NCBI GenBank assembly: GCA_038087875.1
Contig: CM075997.1
Coordinates: 4,652,001 to 4,716,000 of the forward strand
DNA length: 64,000 nt
Reading direction: 5' to 3'
DNA from: Malacoraja senta
Taxonomy: Eukaryota
In this document: piece by piece, positions 61,795 to 64,000 of the stretch
Position numbering within the stretch: position 1 is the stretch's first letter
How the letters are laid out: every line of letters begins with the position of its first letter
The notes under the pieces: generated by a model
Databases searched by the model: none
The model's input: the letters and a program-made list of their open reading frames with translations, nothing else
What the model was told of the DNA's origin: nothing
Position numbers and translations under genes: made by a program

Positions 61795-63329
61795 TAAAAG
61801 GCAAGAGTCAAGAGTGTTTATTGTCATTTGTCCCGAAAGGGAACAATGAAATTCTTACTTGCTGCAGCACAATAATTATGTCAACATAAGATACACACAA
61901 AATGCTGTAGTAACTCAGCGGGACAGGCAGAATCTCTGGAGAGAAGGAATGGGCGAAGTTTCGGGTTGAGACCCTTCTTCATAGAACTCTGTAAACACCA
62001 CGATCAGAGAGGAGTTACAGAGTCATAGAGTGGTACAGTGTGGAAACAGGCCCTTCGGCCCAACTTCCCACACCGGCCAACATGTCCCAGCTACACTAGT
62101 CCCACCTGCCACCATTTGGTCCATATCCCTCTAAACCAGTCCAATCCTTGTACCTGTCTAAATGTTTCTCAAATGTTGCGATAGTCCCAGCCTCAACTAC
62201 CTCCTCCGGCAGCTCGTTCCATACACCCACCACCCTTTGTGTGTTAAAATGTACCCCTCAGGTTCCTATTAATTATTTCCCCCCATCACCTTAAACCTAT
62301 GTCCTCTGGCCTAATTCTACTCCTATTCCTTATGACCTGTGGGAACGTGGGAGGAAACCGGAGCACCCGGTAGAAAACCCACGCGGGTCATGGGGAGAAA
62401 TAAAAAATCCGTGGAGACGGCACCCGTGGTCGGGATCGAACCCGGGTCTCTGGCGCTGTGATGCGGCAACTCTACCACTGTTCCACCGTGCCGCAGTTGG
62501 GATTCTGCTACAGCGGGCAAAGTTCAAGGATGAAGTACTATTCTGGGCCGCTGATTTATTGCAGGGGCTGCTTGAGGTACATTTATAAGGTATCACTCCA
62601 GGGAATTAGTAAGTAGGTCAGGCTTTGGGTTTTTGGCTTCAGTTTTGGGATATATTAACTTCATGTTCAACGAACTCATATACCATCGGTTATTAAAACA
62701 AAATTAGTCAAACGCTGCATCAACGTGCGATTCTATAAAGCACAACGAAATTAAAATTAGCATGAATAAGAAGACATGGAGATTCAAAGTCACTTTAACT
62801 CCACAGTTTATTTACAGGGCTGCACAGCAGTAGAGTTGCTGCCTTATAGCCCTGTCCCACGGTACGAGTTCATTCCAAGAGCTCTCCCGTGTTTAAAAAA
62901 ACGTCGGAGCTCGGGGACGTCTCTTAGCACTAACGGCAGGTACTCGGGAAGACTCGTGAAAAATTTTCATCACGTTGAAAAATGTCCACGAGAGCCCCTG
63001 TGGAATGTACGTTCTCCCTGTGGGTTTTCTCCGAGACCTTCAGTTTCCTCCCACACTGCAAAGACGTACAGGTTTGTAGGTTAATTGGCTTGGTATAAAT
63101 GTAAAAATTGTCCCTAGTGGGTGTAGGATAGTGTTAGTGTGCGGGGATCGCTGGTCGGCGCTGACCCGGTGGGCCGAAGGGCCTGTTTCCGCGCTGTATC
63201 TCTAAACTATAAAAACTAAACTAAATTAAATACCATCCCTGGTCTATAACACTATTGTCAAGCTTTGACCAGTAGTGACATTAAGTCATAGAGTTATGCA
63301 GTGCAGAAACAGACTGGCACAATGGGACG

Positions 63330-63640
63330 TCACGGTGGCGCAGCGGTAGAGTTGCTGCCTCACAGCACCAGAGACCCAGGTTCCATCCTGACCATGGGTG
63401 CGGTCTGTACGGAGTTTGTACGTTCTCCCCGTGACTGCGTGAGTTTTCTCCGGGTGCTCCGGTTTCTTCCCACACTCCACGGACGTAAGGGGTTTATAGG
63501 TTAATTGGCTTTGGTAAATTGCAAATCTTCCTTGGTGTGCAGGATAATGCTAGTGTGCGGGGATCGCTGGCTGGCATGGACTCGTTGGGCCGAAAGGCCT
63601 GTATCTGCGCTGTATCTCTGAAGTCTAAAGTAAAGTCTAA
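63330..63640 (+). mobile_element. HE1-type SINE
   Basis: Head, V-domain and tail. Confidence 0.88.
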
Positions 63641-64000
63641 AGACCATTCGGCCCAACTCGTCCAAGATGCCCCATCTAAGCTCGTCCCATTTGCCTGCAT
63701 TTGGCCCATATCCCTCAAAACATTTCCTATTCCTGTATCTGTCCAAGTGTTTTTGAATGTTGCTGTTGTACCTGCCTCAGCTACATCCTTTAGCAGCTCC
63801 TCATTTTGAAGGTGTAGATTAGTTTAGTTCAGAGATAGTCTGTGAGTCCGCACCGACCAGCGATCCCCGCACACTAACACTATCCTACACACACTAGTGA
63901 CAATTTACAATTTTTACCGAAGCCAATTATCCTACATACCTGCACGTCTTTGGAGTGTGGGAGGAAACCGGAGATCCCGGATAAAACCCACGCAGGTCAC

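Overview
Eukaryotic, repeat-rich vertebrate DNA. The HE1/V-SINE with (TAAAC)n tails, HER1/CR1 LINEs and Deu-SINE remnants point to a cartilaginous fish, most likely a skate or ray. The + strand carries the 3' half of a MEIS-class TALE homeobox gene, most likely meis3. Six exons have canonical splice sites: 10707-10852, 17773-17849, 36415-36474, 42724-42813, 43142-43238 (alternative, stop-containing) and 51241-51542 plus 3'UTR. The 5' exons lie upstream of the window. As given, the helix-3 exon has one extra G that frameshifts WFIN-ARRR; an assembly error is more likely than a true lesion. Most other sequence is transposon-derived: HE1 SINEs; CR1, L2, Rex-Babar and Tx1 LINE fragments; Penelope-like GIY-YIG remnants; and Harbinger-like and hAT-like MITEs. 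There are also microsatellites and a 200-N gap. Highlights: (1) the Penelope-derived terminal repeat carries a minimal hammerhead-ribozyme-like core (CUGANGA-A-stem-GAAAC-GUH) in many copies and also forms palindromic non-autonomous elements with TSD-like flanks; (2) an intronic array of about 10 RFX X-box-like palindromes; (3) unique intronic islands with clustered MEIS, PBX-HOX and POU motifs; (4) splicing features, namely a NAGNAG acceptor, an NMD-evading stop exon and a possible poison micro-exon; (5) a ~540-bp SINE-plus-flank segment duplicated 40.8 kb apart. Nearly all ORFs in the supplied track are repeat or microsatellite artefacts.
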